A stretch of DNA of 64,000 nt from a virus (Duplodnaviria > Caudoviricetes): IMG/VR virus record IMGVR_UViG_3300036801_000470, positions 1,613-65,612 of that record. One strand, 5' to 3'. The notes under the pieces were generated by a model. That model ran no database searches. It worked only from the letters and a program-made list of their open reading frames with translations, and was not told the origin of the DNA. The position numbers and the translations under genes were made by a program. Positions 1-9,448 of this stretch are shown here, piece after piece. Position 1 is the stretch's first letter; every line of letters begins with the position of its first letter.

Positions 1-489
1 CAGGGTGTCGCGCTCGATGCCCCCAGGCCCCCACCCCCCGTCGGCGCGCGACCGGCCGACGACGACGAGGGCATCGGGCTTGGAGACCCCCTGGCCCCCC
101 CTGTCGGGTCGGCACCGCAGCCTCCTGCCCAGTCTCGCCCCCCCGGGCCCCCCGACGGCTTTCCTGCGCGAAACCCGCCCCCCCCTCCGGGCGGCGCGCA
201 GGCCCCCCAGCAGCCCCCCCCGTCCCCCGCCGCCGGTCCGCAGCAGACCACGTTGCCGGGGACGGGGGGAACGCCGGCGAGCGGGTTCACGATTCCCTTC
301 GGCCGGACGCGGGGGACGCCGATCGAGCAGGCCACCGACCGGGACCTCGAGTTCGTCGAGCGCTCGGTCCGCGAAAACCTCGAGGGCGGCCAGTCGCGCT
401 TTCCGGATCGGGACCGTCGCCTTTTGGACGCGATCCTGAACGAGATGGACCGGCGCGTCGTCAACGACGACCATAAGATCCGGTACTGA
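1..489 (+). CDS. 3' end of a protein with a Pro-rich linker and a C-terminal PFG-x-x-x-G small domain (possibly a recombination/ssDNA-annealing protein); 5'-truncated
   Basis: Frame 1 is open from base 1 to TGA 489; FTIPFGRTRGTPIEQATDRDLEFV resembles the PFGKHKG-type helical domain; lies upstream of sbcDC-like genes. Confidence 0.55.
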   Translation, partial: QGVALDAPRPPPPVGARPADDDEGIGLGDPLAPPVGSAPQPPAQSRPPGPPDGFPARNPPPPPGGAQAPQQPPPSPAAGPQQTTLPGTGGTPASGFTIPFGRTRGTPIEQATDRDLEFVERSVRENLEGGQSRFPDRDRRLLDAILNEMDRRVVNDDHKIRY

Positions 490-616
490 GCGTCATGTCG
501 CGCCTATCGGACAACGCGCGGCGTCGCCGTCGCCTTCGGGCGCACCGGCGGCGCCATGCGCGCCGGGTCGAGCGCATCGCGGAAGTCGTTTGGGCGCTCT
601 TTCTCGCTTCCGCCAC

Positions 617-645
617 TTGCGCGCCGTAATAACAGCGCGCATGAT
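617..645 (+). promoter_or_regulatory. Sigma70-like promoter TTGCGC-N17-CATGAT with a dyad in the spacer, probably leaderless
   Basis: 7 nt before ATG 653; near-identical element at 3037-3064. Confidence 0.55.
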
Positions 646-652
646 TCAGAGC

Positions 653-880
653 ATGAAGACGCCCGCACCCTCCCCCTTCCCGCCCGGTCAGGGCTATGGA
701 CCGCGCATCGACGCGGTCATCTACCACGCCGAGGCCACGCGAGACTTCACGCGGGAGGAATGGCTCCTGCTCGCGGCGGCTGCGCTCGACCAGGGCGTGA
801 AGGGGGAGGACGGGATTTTCGGAAGGCGCGCCATCGAGGCCGTGCACGAGCTTTGTCTGCCGGTCGAGGACGTAGGTTGA
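653..880 (+). CDS. Hypothetical protein
   Basis: ORF track 590..880, ATG 653 follows the promoter; stop overlaps next ATG (TGATG). Confidence 0.6.
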   Translation: MKTPAPSPFPPGQGYGPRIDAVIYHAEATRDFTREEWLLLAAAALDQGVKGEDGIFGRRAIEAVHELCLPVEDVG

Positions 881-1170
881 TGGCCGCCGCTCTTTCGCTC
901 GCTCCGATCGTGAAAGCGTGCCGATGCGGGCGCGCGTATTCGGCCGAGACGTGGTCGGCGCTGAAGTACGTCGGGACGTCGCGCTACCCGTGGGGCGAGG
1001 TGCAAGAGCTCCGCGACTGCCCATGCGGAAGCACGATCGCGCGCGTGCTCGAGGAGGGGCTGCCGGAGTCGGGCCCGTGCCCGCACTGCGGCCGCGAACT
1101 CGGGGATATCGAGGATCGGGATCTCGCGCCGCACGTGATGGGCGCCTGTCGGGAATTGGGAAGGAAGTGA
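880..1170 (+). CDS. Small Cys-rich (zinc-ribbon) protein
   Basis: CRCG, CPCG, CPHCG motifs; TGATG coupling. Confidence 0.6.
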   Translation: MAAALSLAPIVKACRCGRAYSAETWSALKYVGTSRYPWGEVQELRDCPCGSTIARVLEEGLPESGPCPHCGRELGDIEDRDLAPHVMGACRELGRK

Positions 1171-1173
1171 ATC

Positions 1174-1383
1174 GTGCCGTCGCGCAAAAGAACCAGGCCC
1201 GAGGAGATCAGTCGTTCGGATCGGCTCGCGCGTTTGCGACGGACCTTCCGCTCTGCGGAAGCCAACCTCGCGAAGCTGCGCGAGAGCGTGCCGGTGGGCA
1301 TCGGCACCGAGCTCGTCGAGGAGATGCGCCGGATCGCCGCGGCGCTCGTGGAGGTCACGGTCGTCATCGAGGAGAAGTCGTGA
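1174..1383 (+). CDS. Hypothetical protein
   Basis: AAGGAAG upstream, helical-looking sequence, GTGA overlap with next gene. Confidence 0.55.
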   Translation: MPSRKRTRPEEISRSDRLARLRRTFRSAEANLAKLRESVPVGIGTELVEEMRRIAAALVEVTVVIEEKS

Positions 1384-1610
1384 AGGTGTCGCTCTCCGAC
1401 TTGAGCGTCACGCAGCGCCGCGTGCTGCGCATTCTACTCAACGCCGACGGCGATTGGGTCGGGCTCACGTACGGGGAGAGTGGCGCTGCGGTGCGCCTGG
1501 TGGAGATGCAGCTCGCGGAGCGACGCGGGATCGACAAGCACGCGGCGGCGTGGCGCATCGCCGAGGCGGGGCGCGCGCTCTATTCCGCGGAAGGAGTCTC
1601 GACGTCATGA
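1380..1610 (+). CDS. Small winged-helix-like protein
   Basis: LSVTQRRVLRIL...WRIAEAGRAL pattern typical of wHTH; coupled start and stop. Confidence 0.5.
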   Translation: MKVSLSDLSVTQRRVLRILLNADGDWVGLTYGESGAAVRLVEMQLAERRGIDKHAAAWRIAEAGRALYSAEGVSTS

Positions 1611-2785
1611 AGTCCTTCTCGCTTCTCGGCTCCGCCGATCACCACTGGAAGCGTCTCGGGTCCCGCTTCGCGGAGTGCCAGCGCATCCACGCCTGGACGG
1701 TGGAGCAGACCCGGCTCCGCGCACCCGACGTCTTCGTCTCGGCCGGGGACCTCTACGAGGAGAACTCGACGCCGGCGGACCGTGAGGCGACGGCGGACTG
1801 GGTCACCGCCATCACCGAGACGTGCCCCTTCGTCATCGCAAAGGGGAACCACGATCGAGATCTGGACCTCGCCTACCTGCGTCGGCTCCGCACGAAGTTC
1901 CCGGTGCACGTCGTCGAGAGCTGCGGCATCGTGCACATCGGCCCCGCGGCGATCGCGGTCGTCGCCTGGCCGAACCGCTCGAGCCTCGCCGCGATGCTCC
2001 CCGGCGCGAACGCCGAGCAGCTCGACGACGCCACCGGGGACGCCCTCCGGAACGTCCTCTCGATGCTTGGCGCCGAGCTCGCGGCGCACGACGGCCCCCG
2101 GGTCCTCGTCGGGCACTTCCAGATCGACGGCGCCGTCACCTCCGTAGGGCAGCCGCTCATCGGGGGCGGGATGCGCCTCGGGCTCGCCGACCTCGCCCTT
2201 GCGCGCGCGGACATCGCGCTCTGCGGCCACATTCATCGTCCACAAGCGTGGACGCACGGCGGGACCGAGATCGTGATGTGCGGGTCGCCCTTCCGCACGG
2301 CGTTCGGGGAGGTGGAGGAGAAGAGCATCGTCAGCGCGCGCTGGGAGCACTGGGACGGCGAGGTCACCGAGCCGGGGGGGTGCCGATGGGCACTCGAGGG
2401 CTGGGACCGCCTCCCCACCCCCTCGACGCCGATGCTTCTCCTCTCGGGGCGCTGGGAGGGGGACGGCCGGGGGCTCGTGCTCGACGACGAGACGGCCGCG
2501 TGCGTCGCGGGGGCCGAAGTCCGCTTCCGCTACCAGGTGGCCAGCGACCAGCAGGCGATCGCGCGCGCGGAAGCCGCGAAGCTCCGCGAGGCGTGGCTCG
2601 TCGCCGGCGCCGTGCGGGTCGAGGTGGAGAAGGAGGTCGTGCCGGTCGTGCGCGCGCGCGCGCCGGAGGTGTCGCGCGTGGCCACCCTCCCCGAGCAGCT
2701 CGACATCCATTGGGCGTCGCGCGGCATCACGCTCGACCCGACGCGCCGCGCGCGCCTTCACCAGAAGCTCGGGGAGCTCGGTTGA
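1607..2785 (+). CDS. sbcD: SbcD/Mre11-like metallophosphoesterase nuclease
   Basis: Motifs ADHH, AGDLYE, KGNHD, VGHF, CGHIH; ATG 1607 overlaps previous stop. Confidence 0.9.
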   Translation: MKSFSLLGSADHHWKRLGSRFAECQRIHAWTVEQTRLRAPDVFVSAGDLYEENSTPADREATADWVTAITETCPFVIAKGNHDRDLDLAYLRRLRTKFPVHVVESCGIVHIGPAAIAVVAWPNRSSLAAMLPGANAEQLDDATGDALRNVLSMLGAELAAHDGPRVLVGHFQIDGAVTSVGQPLIGGGMRLGLADLALARADIALCGHIHRPQAWTHGGTEIVMCGSPFRTAFGEVEEKSIVSARWEHWDGEVTEPGGCRWALEGWDRLPTPSTPMLLLSGRWEGDGRGLVLDDETAACVAGAEVRFRYQVASDQQAIARAEAAKLREAWLVAGAVRVEVEKEVVPVVRARAPEVSRVATLPEQLDIHWASRGITLDPTRRARLHQKLGELG

Positions 2786-2806
2786 CCAAGGAGATGGGGG
2801 TGGGCC

Positions 2807-3034
2807 ATGTCGATGGCAGCGCGGCGGAAAGCCGAGGAGGAGGTCGCCCGCTCGCTCGCGGATAGCCCCTGGGAGCGGGGGCTACGCGCTGCGAAGGCGG
2901 GAGAGTCGGGCGAGCGCCCGAAGCTCGTGATGTGCGCGTGCTGCAAGAGCCGACCGGCGGAGCCGGGCAGCGCCTTCTGCGGAGAGTTTTGCGCGATCGA
3001 CGCGGAGATTCGAGAGGCGTTTCGTGACCGATAG
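2807..3034 (+). CDS. Small Cys-rich hypothetical protein between sbcD and sbcC
   Basis: CACC...FCGEFC; purine-rich upstream sequence. Confidence 0.55.
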   Translation: MSMAARRKAEEEVARSLADSPWERGLRAAKAGESGERPKLVMCACCKSRPAEPGSAFCGEFCAIDAEIREAFRDR

Positions 3035-3036
3035 AG

Positions 3037-3064
3037 TTGCGCGCCGTACTAACGTGCGCATGGT
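3037..3064 (+). promoter_or_regulatory. Second copy of the TTGCGCGCCGTA-x-TAAC...GCGCATG(A/G)T promoter/operator, upstream of sbcC
   Basis: Direct sequence similarity to 617-645. Confidence 0.55.
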
Positions 3065-3090
3065 GTTTGGACACCGGAGACCGTGACCTG

Positions 3091-5592
3091 ATGCGATTCG
3101 GACGCTTCTACGCCAAAGGCTTGGGCATCTTCGCCGAGCCCTTCGAAGTGAATCTGGACGACGTCCCCGGGCCGCTCGTGGCGGTGACGGGCCCAAACGG
3201 CTGCGGGAAGAGCACTTTCCTCGAGCTGCTCGGCGCCGCCAGCGTCTACCGCGACACGCCGACGCACGGCTCGCTCGGCGCGCACGCGCGCTCGCGCGGG
3301 GCGGTGCTCGAGGTCGACGTCATCAACGGTGCTCGCTACCGCATCCGGCACACAGTAGACGGCCCGGGCAAGGGCGAGACGCTGGTGACCGACGTGAACG
3401 GCGTCCCGCAGCTCCCCGACACGAAGGTGTCGAGCTTCGACGCTTGGGCGAAGAAGCACTTCCCGCCGAAGGAGGTCACGTACGCCAGCCTCCTGGCCGC
3501 CCAGGAGTCGGATGGCCTTCTCGACATGGACCCGGGGCCGGCCAAGGGGGTCCTTCTCCGCGTGCTCGGCTGCGAAGAGCTCGAGACGAAGGCAAAGCGG
3601 GCGAGCGAGCGCGCGCGGGAGGCGAAGGCGGCCTGGCAGCTCGCCGGGGCGCGGCTGAAGGACGAGAAGGCGCGTCCCGAGGCGGTGCCGGTGGAAGAGG
3701 CGGAGTCGAAGCTGGCGCGGGCGCGCGAGGTCGTCGTCTACGCCGAGGGGGTCGCGAGCCAGGCGGAGGAGGACCTCGGGAAGGCGCGCGCCGCGGACGA
3801 GGCCCACCGTGCGAGCGTGCGGGAGCACGACGACGCCGTGTCGCGGCGAGCCGTCGGGCAAGCGGCGCTGGAGGCCGAGCAGAAGAAGCTCGAGGAGCTT
3901 CGCGTCCGCATCACGAACAACGAGGCGGTGCTCGCCGAGGAGGCGGTCATCCGCGCCGCCGCGGCGCGCGCGCAAGAGATCGGGGCTCGCATTCCGGAGC
4001 TCCGGACGAAGATCGAGGCCGCGCGGGGAGAGAAGAGGGCGGCGGAGGAAGCGCGGGCGCGCGCGGGGACGACCTCACGAGGGGCGCAGGATCGGAGGGA
4101 TGCGGCGCGCGGGCGCGCGGAGACGGCCGACGGTCGCGCGGACGCGCGCGCACAAGAGGCCTCGAAGGCGGAGGCTGAAGTCGGCCCCCTCAAGGCGGAG
4201 ATCGAAGCCGTCGATCGCGCGCTCGCCGAGGCGTCTGCGGAGGTGGAGCGGCTGCAGGGCGTGGCGCTCGTGGGGGCGGAGGGGCGGATCGAGTCCCTTC
4301 GCACTTCCCTCGCCGAGATCTGCGCGATCGGCGCCGAGGACAATCCGTACGCCACCGCCGTCCACGACGCGGAGAAGCGATTCCTTGACGCCCAGGATCG
4401 CGCCGCGAGCGCCCTGGCGGCTGACGACACCGCGGTGGCTGCCGCGCGCGACACCCCCGCCCTCCTCCGCGCCGCCAAGGCGAAGGAGACCCGCGCTCGT
4501 TCGCTCCTCACCGAGCTCCGCACGCGCCTCAGCACGACCGCGGCGCGCGCGGCGTGGGCAACGGAGGTGCCGGCGATCCGCGAGGACGCGGCCGCGGCCC
4601 GGCGCGAGGTCGAGGCGGCGGAGCGCGAGGACCTGGCCGCACGGGAGGACTGGGCGCGCGCCAACGCGCTGCTCGAAGGCTTCGGGCCGAAACTCGCGAG
4701 CCTGCAGGCGGAGATCCAAGCCCTCAGCGACGAGAACGTCGCCCTCGCCGACACCCTGAAGAAGCTTCGGCCCCTCGAGGCCGCCCAGGGTCGACTGGAG
4801 GAGCTCCGGCACGCGAGCGCGCAGGCCCGCGAGGCGCTCGCGCAGCGGGAGGCGGAGCTGGCCGCGATCGAGATCCCGCCGGTCGTCGGATCGGAGGCGC
4901 CGGCGCGCCTTCAGCAGGCCGCCGCGACGCACACCCAAGCCGTGCAGCTGCTCGAGCGGGCGCGCGCCGAGGTGACCCGCCTCGCGCCGACGGTGACGGC
5001 CGCGCACGAGAGCGCGGCACGATGCACCGCGCTCGAGGAGGAGGTGCGGCGCGCGGGCGAGGACCTGGGGGACTGGACGCTCCTGGCCGAGTCGCTCGGG
5101 CGGGACGGGCTCCAGGCGCTGCTCATCGACGCGGCCGGGCCCGAGCTCACGGCGATCGTGAACGACCTCCTGCACAACTGCCACGGGCCGCGGTTCACGA
5201 TGACGCTCGCGACGTCGCGCCTGTCGGGCGACGGGAAGAAGGAACTCGACGGGCTCGAGATCTCGGTGCTCGACACGCGCGAGGGGCGCGAGGCGTCGGG
5301 GAAGCTCTTCAGCGGGGGGGAGAAGACCTTCCTCCGGGAGGCGCTGTCTCTGGCCATCGTGATCCGGGCGTGCCGGGCGTCGGGAGCTCCCACCCTCATC
5401 CGAGATGAGTCGGGCTCGGCGCTCGATCCGGAGTACGGGCGGGCGTACATCGCCATGCTGCGGCGCGCGGCGGAGCACGTCGGGGCCAGCCGAGTGTTGT
5501 TTGTGTCCCACAACCCCGCTCTCGTAGAGCTCGCGGACGGGGTGATCGATCTGGGGGCGCGGGCGGCGAAGCTTGAGGGGTTCGTCTCGTGA
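3091..5592 (+). CDS. sbcC: SbcC/Rad50-like SMC-family ATPase
   Basis: Walker A GPNGCGKS, long coiled coil, signature FSGGE, Walker B LIRDE, H-loop VSH. Confidence 0.92.
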   Translation: MRFGRFYAKGLGIFAEPFEVNLDDVPGPLVAVTGPNGCGKSTFLELLGAASVYRDTPTHGSLGAHARSRGAVLEVDVINGARYRIRHTVDGPGKGETLVTDVNGVPQLPDTKVSSFDAWAKKHFPPKEVTYASLLAAQESDGLLDMDPGPAKGVLLRVLGCEELETKAKRASERAREAKAAWQLAGARLKDEKARPEAVPVEEAESKLARAREVVVYAEGVASQAEEDLGKARAADEAHRASVREHDDAVSRRAVGQAALEAEQKKLEELRVRITNNEAVLAEEAVIRAAAARAQEIGARIPELRTKIEAARGEKRAAEEARARAGTTSRGAQDRRDAARGRAETADGRADARAQEASKAEAEVGPLKAEIEAVDRALAEASAEVERLQGVALVGAEGRIESLRTSLAEICAIGAEDNPYATAVHDAEKRFLDAQDRAASALAADDTAVAAARDTPALLRAAKAKETRARSLLTELRTRLSTTAARAAWATEVPAIREDAAAARREVEAAEREDLAAREDWARANALLEGFGPKLASLQAEIQALSDENVALADTLKKLRPLEAAQGRLEELRHASAQAREALAQREAELAAIEIPPVVGSEAPARLQQAAATHTQAVQLLERARAEVTRLAPTVTAAHESAARCTALEEEVRRAGEDLGDWTLLAESLGRDGLQALLIDAAGPELTAIVNDLLHNCHGPRFTMTLATSRLSGDGKKELDGLEISVLDTREGREASGKLFSGGEKTFLREALSLAIVIRACRASGAPTLIRDESGSALDPEYGRAYIAMLRRAAEHVGASRVLFVSHNPALVELADGVIDLGARAAKLEGFVS

Positions 5593-5924
5593 TCGAGCCC
5601 GCACCGAGAGGAGTCATGACCGAACCGAGAGACATCGCGGATCAGGACCTGCTGACCCGCCTCATCGGCCATATCGAAGAGGGGGGCACGCGGGACGGCT
5701 CGTGGAAGATCGCGCGCCAATACCTCGTCCAAATCCGTCCCTCCAAGGGCCGCAAGCTGCGTTGCCTCACGCCAAGCGAGCGCGCATGGGCCAACAAGGA
5801 GCTGGACCGGTACGAACCGCGCGGGCCGGCAGCAGAGCCGGCGCCGCTCGTCGCGCCCCGGCGCCCAGTGCCCACCCCCGCCGTCCTGCAGTCGCTGCCC
5901 CTGCGACCGCCGGGGAGGGCCTGA
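5589..5924 (+). CDS. Hypothetical protein
   Basis: Coupled to neighbouring genes; alternative start ATG 5616 with GAGGAG. Confidence 0.6.
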   Translation: MIEPAPRGVMTEPRDIADQDLLTRLIGHIEEGGTRDGSWKIARQYLVQIRPSKGRKLRCLTPSERAWANKELDRYEPRGPAAEPAPLVAPRRPVPTPAVLQSLPLRPPGRA

Positions 5925-6352
5925 TGACCTCTCACGCCCTAGCCTACCTAACCGCCGACATCATCGTCATCGGCGGCGCCGATGGGATCTCTGACCACGT
6001 CCTTCTCATCAAGCGCGGGAAGGAGCCGTTCGTGGGCCGGTATGCCCTCCCCGGCGGGCATCTGCACGAAGGCGAGGCGCCGGAGCAGGCCGCGCGGCGC
6101 GAACTCCTTGAGGAGACGGGTCTCGACCTCTCGATCGTTCCCTTCGAGTTCGTCGGCGCCTGGGGCGACCCTCGGCGAGACCCGCGCGGTCGGTACGTGT
6201 CCTTCGTCTTCAGCGCGCGCGTGTACGGGCTTCCTGCCGTGAAGGCCGCTGACGACGCTTCTACGGCAGAGTGGATCTCGGCGATTGGAGGCTTCGGCAT
6301 CCCATTCGCCTTCGATCATCGGGACATCCTGCGCGAGGCGCTGCGGACATGA
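5924..6352 (+). CDS. Nudix hydrolase (ADP-ribose pyrophosphatase/NrtR-like)
   Basis: Nudix box GGHLHEGEAPEQAARRELLEETGL, RDPRGR motif, AFDH tail. Confidence 0.92.
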   Translation: MTSHALAYLTADIIVIGGADGISDHVLLIKRGKEPFVGRYALPGGHLHEGEAPEQAARRELLEETGLDLSIVPFEFVGAWGDPRRDPRGRYVSFVFSARVYGLPAVKAADDASTAEWISAIGGFGIPFAFDHRDILREALRT

Positions 6353-6891
6353 GCCGTCTCCGTCTCCTTCTGCTCCTCGCCCTCGCCGGCTGCACGCCGC
6401 CCATGGAGCTGCTCTCTCAGCCGTCGCCGCCGAGCAGTGGCGTTTCCGCGCTCGACGCCGGCGCCCCCTGGTCCCCTCCCCTCGCGACCAACGCGACCGG
6501 CTGCGCCGCTCGCGGTCCCCTCCCCGACCCCGCCTGCAGCCCCGGCGCGGTGGGGACGACCGACCTGGCGGTGATCTGCGGCCAGGGCACGCGCGAGCGC
6601 CGGCACGTCACGGAGGCGACGCGGCGCGCGGTCTTCGAGGCCTACGGCGCCCCCTGGGACGAGCGCGCGGGCTACGAGGTCGATCACCTCATCAGCCTAG
6701 AGCTCGGCGGCAGCAACGACGTCGCGAACCTCTGGCCCGAGCCCGCCGAGCCGCGCCCGGGGTTCCACGAGAAGGACGCCGTGGAGAACTACCTGCACCG
6801 CGAGGTCTGCGCCGGGCGGATGCCGCTCGCCGAGGCGCAGCGCGTGATCGCGACGGACTGGACGAAGGTTTTGGAGGCCGCGCGCCGATGA
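6349..6891 (+). CDS. Lipoprotein with HNH-like nuclease domain
   Basis: Lipobox LALAGC; YEVDHLISLELGGSNDVANLWPE HNH-like core. Confidence 0.75.
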   Translation: MSRLRLLLLLALAGCTPPMELLSQPSPPSSGVSALDAGAPWSPPLATNATGCAARGPLPDPACSPGAVGTTDLAVICGQGTRERRHVTEATRRAVFEAYGAPWDERAGYEVDHLISLELGGSNDVANLWPEPAEPRPGFHEKDAVENYLHREVCAGRMPLAEAQRVIATDWTKVLEAARR

Positions 6892-6935
6892 CGCGGGCTT
6901 GGGATCGAAGGGAACACGAAAGGAAGCAGGTCGAG

Positions 6936-9014
6936 ATGAGTCTGAGCAACTTGCAGGCGTTCGCCCAGATCGTGGCGGCGTCTTTCCAGGAGATGGTGAA
7001 GGCGCCCAACGTCTTCGTCGTCGATGTCGAAGGGGACGCGCTGTACGAGAAGTACCTGGCGTCCTTCCCTGAGGGCACCAATCCGATCTTCAAGAAGCGC
7101 ACGGAGCACGACTGCTCGTGCTGCAGGCAGTTCATCCGCCGCGCGGGGACCCTCGTCGTCATCGACGGGGCGACGCTTTGCACGGCATGGGACGATGCCG
7201 CCGAACGGGCGCCGGACTTCTACCGCACGGTGGCCACCGCCATGCGCGACGAGGTACGCGGCGGGATCGTGTGCGATCTGTACCGGGTCGGTTCGATCGA
7301 AGGTAGCTTCGGGGCGCCCACGACGTACTCGCAGGACCCGGAGACGCAGGCAGCCATCGCCTGGAATCACCTGTTCACGGGCGAGATTCCGCGCTCGGTG
7401 CGCGCGCCTTCGCCCGACCAGGTGCGGGGCGAGTACCGAACGACCGCGCAAGTCTTCGAACGCGGGCTCGTCGAACTCACGCCGGAGGCGGTGGACACCG
7501 TGATCTCGCTCGTCGAGGCGAACAGCCTGTATCGCGGGGAGGAGCACAAGCCGGCGCTCGTGCAGTTTCAGAAGCTGCAGCGCGTGTTCCTGTCCAAGAA
7601 GGAGGGACGCGAGCGGAACCTCTTCGTCTGGTCGAACGCCGGCAGCCCCGCGGCGCGCTTCCGCAACACCGTGATCGGCACGCTCGTACAGGATCTCTCG
7701 GAGGGTCAGGAGCTCGAGCATGCGGTCAATAGCTTCGAGACCAAGGTCGCGCCCCAGAACTACAAGCGGACCACCGCGCTCATCACCGCCGGCATGGTGC
7801 AGAAGGCGATGGAGACCATCGAGTCGCTCGGCCTGGAGTCCGCGCTTGAGCGGCGCTTCGCCGTGCTCGGCGACATCTCCGTCAACGACGTGAAGTGGGT
7901 CGACGGCGCGGTGAAGCCCCTCCTGAAGGGCGGCATCGGTGACGTGCTCATGCAGCACGCCGCGGCGACGACGCGGAGCGCCGCCAAGGACGAGGAGCGG
8001 GCAGAGGACGTCACCCTCGACGATTTCATGACGAGGGTGCTCCCCGAGACGACGGGCATGGAGGTGCTCTTCAAGAACGAGCTCGCCGGGAACCTCATGT
8101 CGCTGACCGCGCCCAAGCACTCGGAGCCGAAGCAGCTCTTTCGCTGGTCGAACGACTTCGCCTGGTCGTATGGAGGCAACGTCGCCGACTCCATCAAGGA
8201 GCGCGTGAAGAAGGCCGGCGGCAAGGTGGACGGCGCGCGGCTCCGCGTCTCCTTGTCCTGGTACAACTTCGATGACCTCGACCTGCACATCCACGAGCCT
8301 CCCGGCCGCGGCGCGCAGGCCTTTGCCCAGCACATCTACTTCCGGAATCGGAGGGGGTGGACCGGCGGCACGCTCGACGTGGACATGAACGCCGGTCACG
8401 GACACACGCGGGAGCCCGTGGAGAACGTCGTGTGGTCGGAGCCCGTGCCCGACGGCGCCTACCGCGTCGTGGTCCACAACTACCAGGCGCGCGAGACGAG
8501 CAACCCCGGCTTCGTCATCGAGGTGGAGTGCGCCGGGAAACTCGACCACTTCTCGTACAACAAGGCCGTGCGAAGCCAGCAGGAGCTCGCCGTCGCGACC
8601 CTTCACATGAAGGGCGGTGTACTCGTTTGGTACGAGTTCTACCCCGGCATCACGCCCACCAACGTCTCCCAGGAGAAGTGGGGCCTCAAGACCGAGCAGT
8701 ACGTGAAGGTCAGCGCCGTCACGCTCTCCCCGAACTACTGGGGCGACAACGCGGTCGGCAACAAGCACACGTTCTTCGTGCTCGAGGGCGCGAAGAACGA
8801 CGAGGCCACGCGCGGGTTCTACAACGAGTTCCTGCATCCGCGTCTCGAGCCGCACCGCAAGGTGTTCGAAGTGATCGGCGACAAGACGAAGTGCGAGCCC
8901 ACCGAAGGCCAGCTCTCGGGCCTCGGGTTCTCGTCCACCAAGCGAGAGTCGTTTCTCATTCGTGCCCAGCAGGGCAAAAAGCAGCGCGTTTTCAACGTTC
9001 GAGTCGGCGCCTAG
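6936..9014 (+). CDS. Large conserved phage protein of unknown function (N-terminal HDCSCC motif, C-terminal YfaP-like LRVSLSW...DLDLH domain)
   Basis: Long ORF with natural composition from ATG 6888/6936; DLDLH and LDVDMN..PVENV motifs. Confidence 0.8.
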   Translation: MSLSNLQAFAQIVAASFQEMVKAPNVFVVDVEGDALYEKYLASFPEGTNPIFKKRTEHDCSCCRQFIRRAGTLVVIDGATLCTAWDDAAERAPDFYRTVATAMRDEVRGGIVCDLYRVGSIEGSFGAPTTYSQDPETQAAIAWNHLFTGEIPRSVRAPSPDQVRGEYRTTAQVFERGLVELTPEAVDTVISLVEANSLYRGEEHKPALVQFQKLQRVFLSKKEGRERNLFVWSNAGSPAARFRNTVIGTLVQDLSEGQELEHAVNSFETKVAPQNYKRTTALITAGMVQKAMETIESLGLESALERRFAVLGDISVNDVKWVDGAVKPLLKGGIGDVLMQHAAATTRSAAKDEERAEDVTLDDFMTRVLPETTGMEVLFKNELAGNLMSLTAPKHSEPKQLFRWSNDFAWSYGGNVADSIKERVKKAGGKVDGARLRVSLSWYNFDDLDLHIHEPPGRGAQAFAQHIYFRNRRGWTGGTLDVDMNAGHGHTREPVENVVWSEPVPDGAYRVVVHNYQARETSNPGFVIEVECAGKLDHFSYNKAVRSQQELAVATLHMKGGVLVWYEFYPGITPTNVSQEKWGLKTEQYVKVSAVTLSPNYWGDNAVGNKHTFFVLEGAKNDEATRGFYNEFLHPRLEPHRKVFEVIGDKTKCEPTEGQLSGLGFSSTKRESFLIRAQQGKKQRVFNVRVGA

Positions 9015-9032
9015 CAAGGCGAAGGAGACAGC

Positions 9033-9437
9033 GTGATCAACATCTTCGAGTACGCCACCCGCAACAAGCTCCGCTTCGCGTCGCCGCGCGGCGAGCTCTC
9101 CCTCGAGCAGCTCTGGGACGTGCCCCTTCGCTCGAAGGACGACTTCAACCTCAACACCTTGGCGCAGACGGCGAACAAGGCGCTGAAAGACATCAGCGAG
9201 GAGAACTTCGTCGAGACGGCGAAGACCCCCCAGCACACCCGGCTCGAGACGGCGCTCGACGTCGTGAAGTACGTCATCACCGTGAAGGTCGCTGACGAGG
9301 AGACCGCGAAGCTCCGCGCGGTCAAGAAGATCGAAAAGGAGAAGCTCCTTGGCATCCTCGCCGACAAGCAGGCTGGGAAGCTGAGCGAGCTCACGGAGAA
9401 GGAGCTGCAGCGCCGGATCGCGGCGCTCGACGAGTAA
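9033..9437 (+). CDS. Conserved phage hypothetical protein (NIFEYATRNKLRF...LEQLWDVPL), coiled-coil C-terminus
   Basis: AAGGAG RBS, GTG start; immediately downstream of the large gene. Confidence 0.85.
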   Translation: MINIFEYATRNKLRFASPRGELSLEQLWDVPLRSKDDFNLNTLAQTANKALKDISEENFVETAKTPQHTRLETALDVVKYVITVKVADEETAKLRAVKKIEKEKLLGILADKQAGKLSELTEKELQRRIAALDE

Positions 9438-9448
9438 TCGGACCGAGG

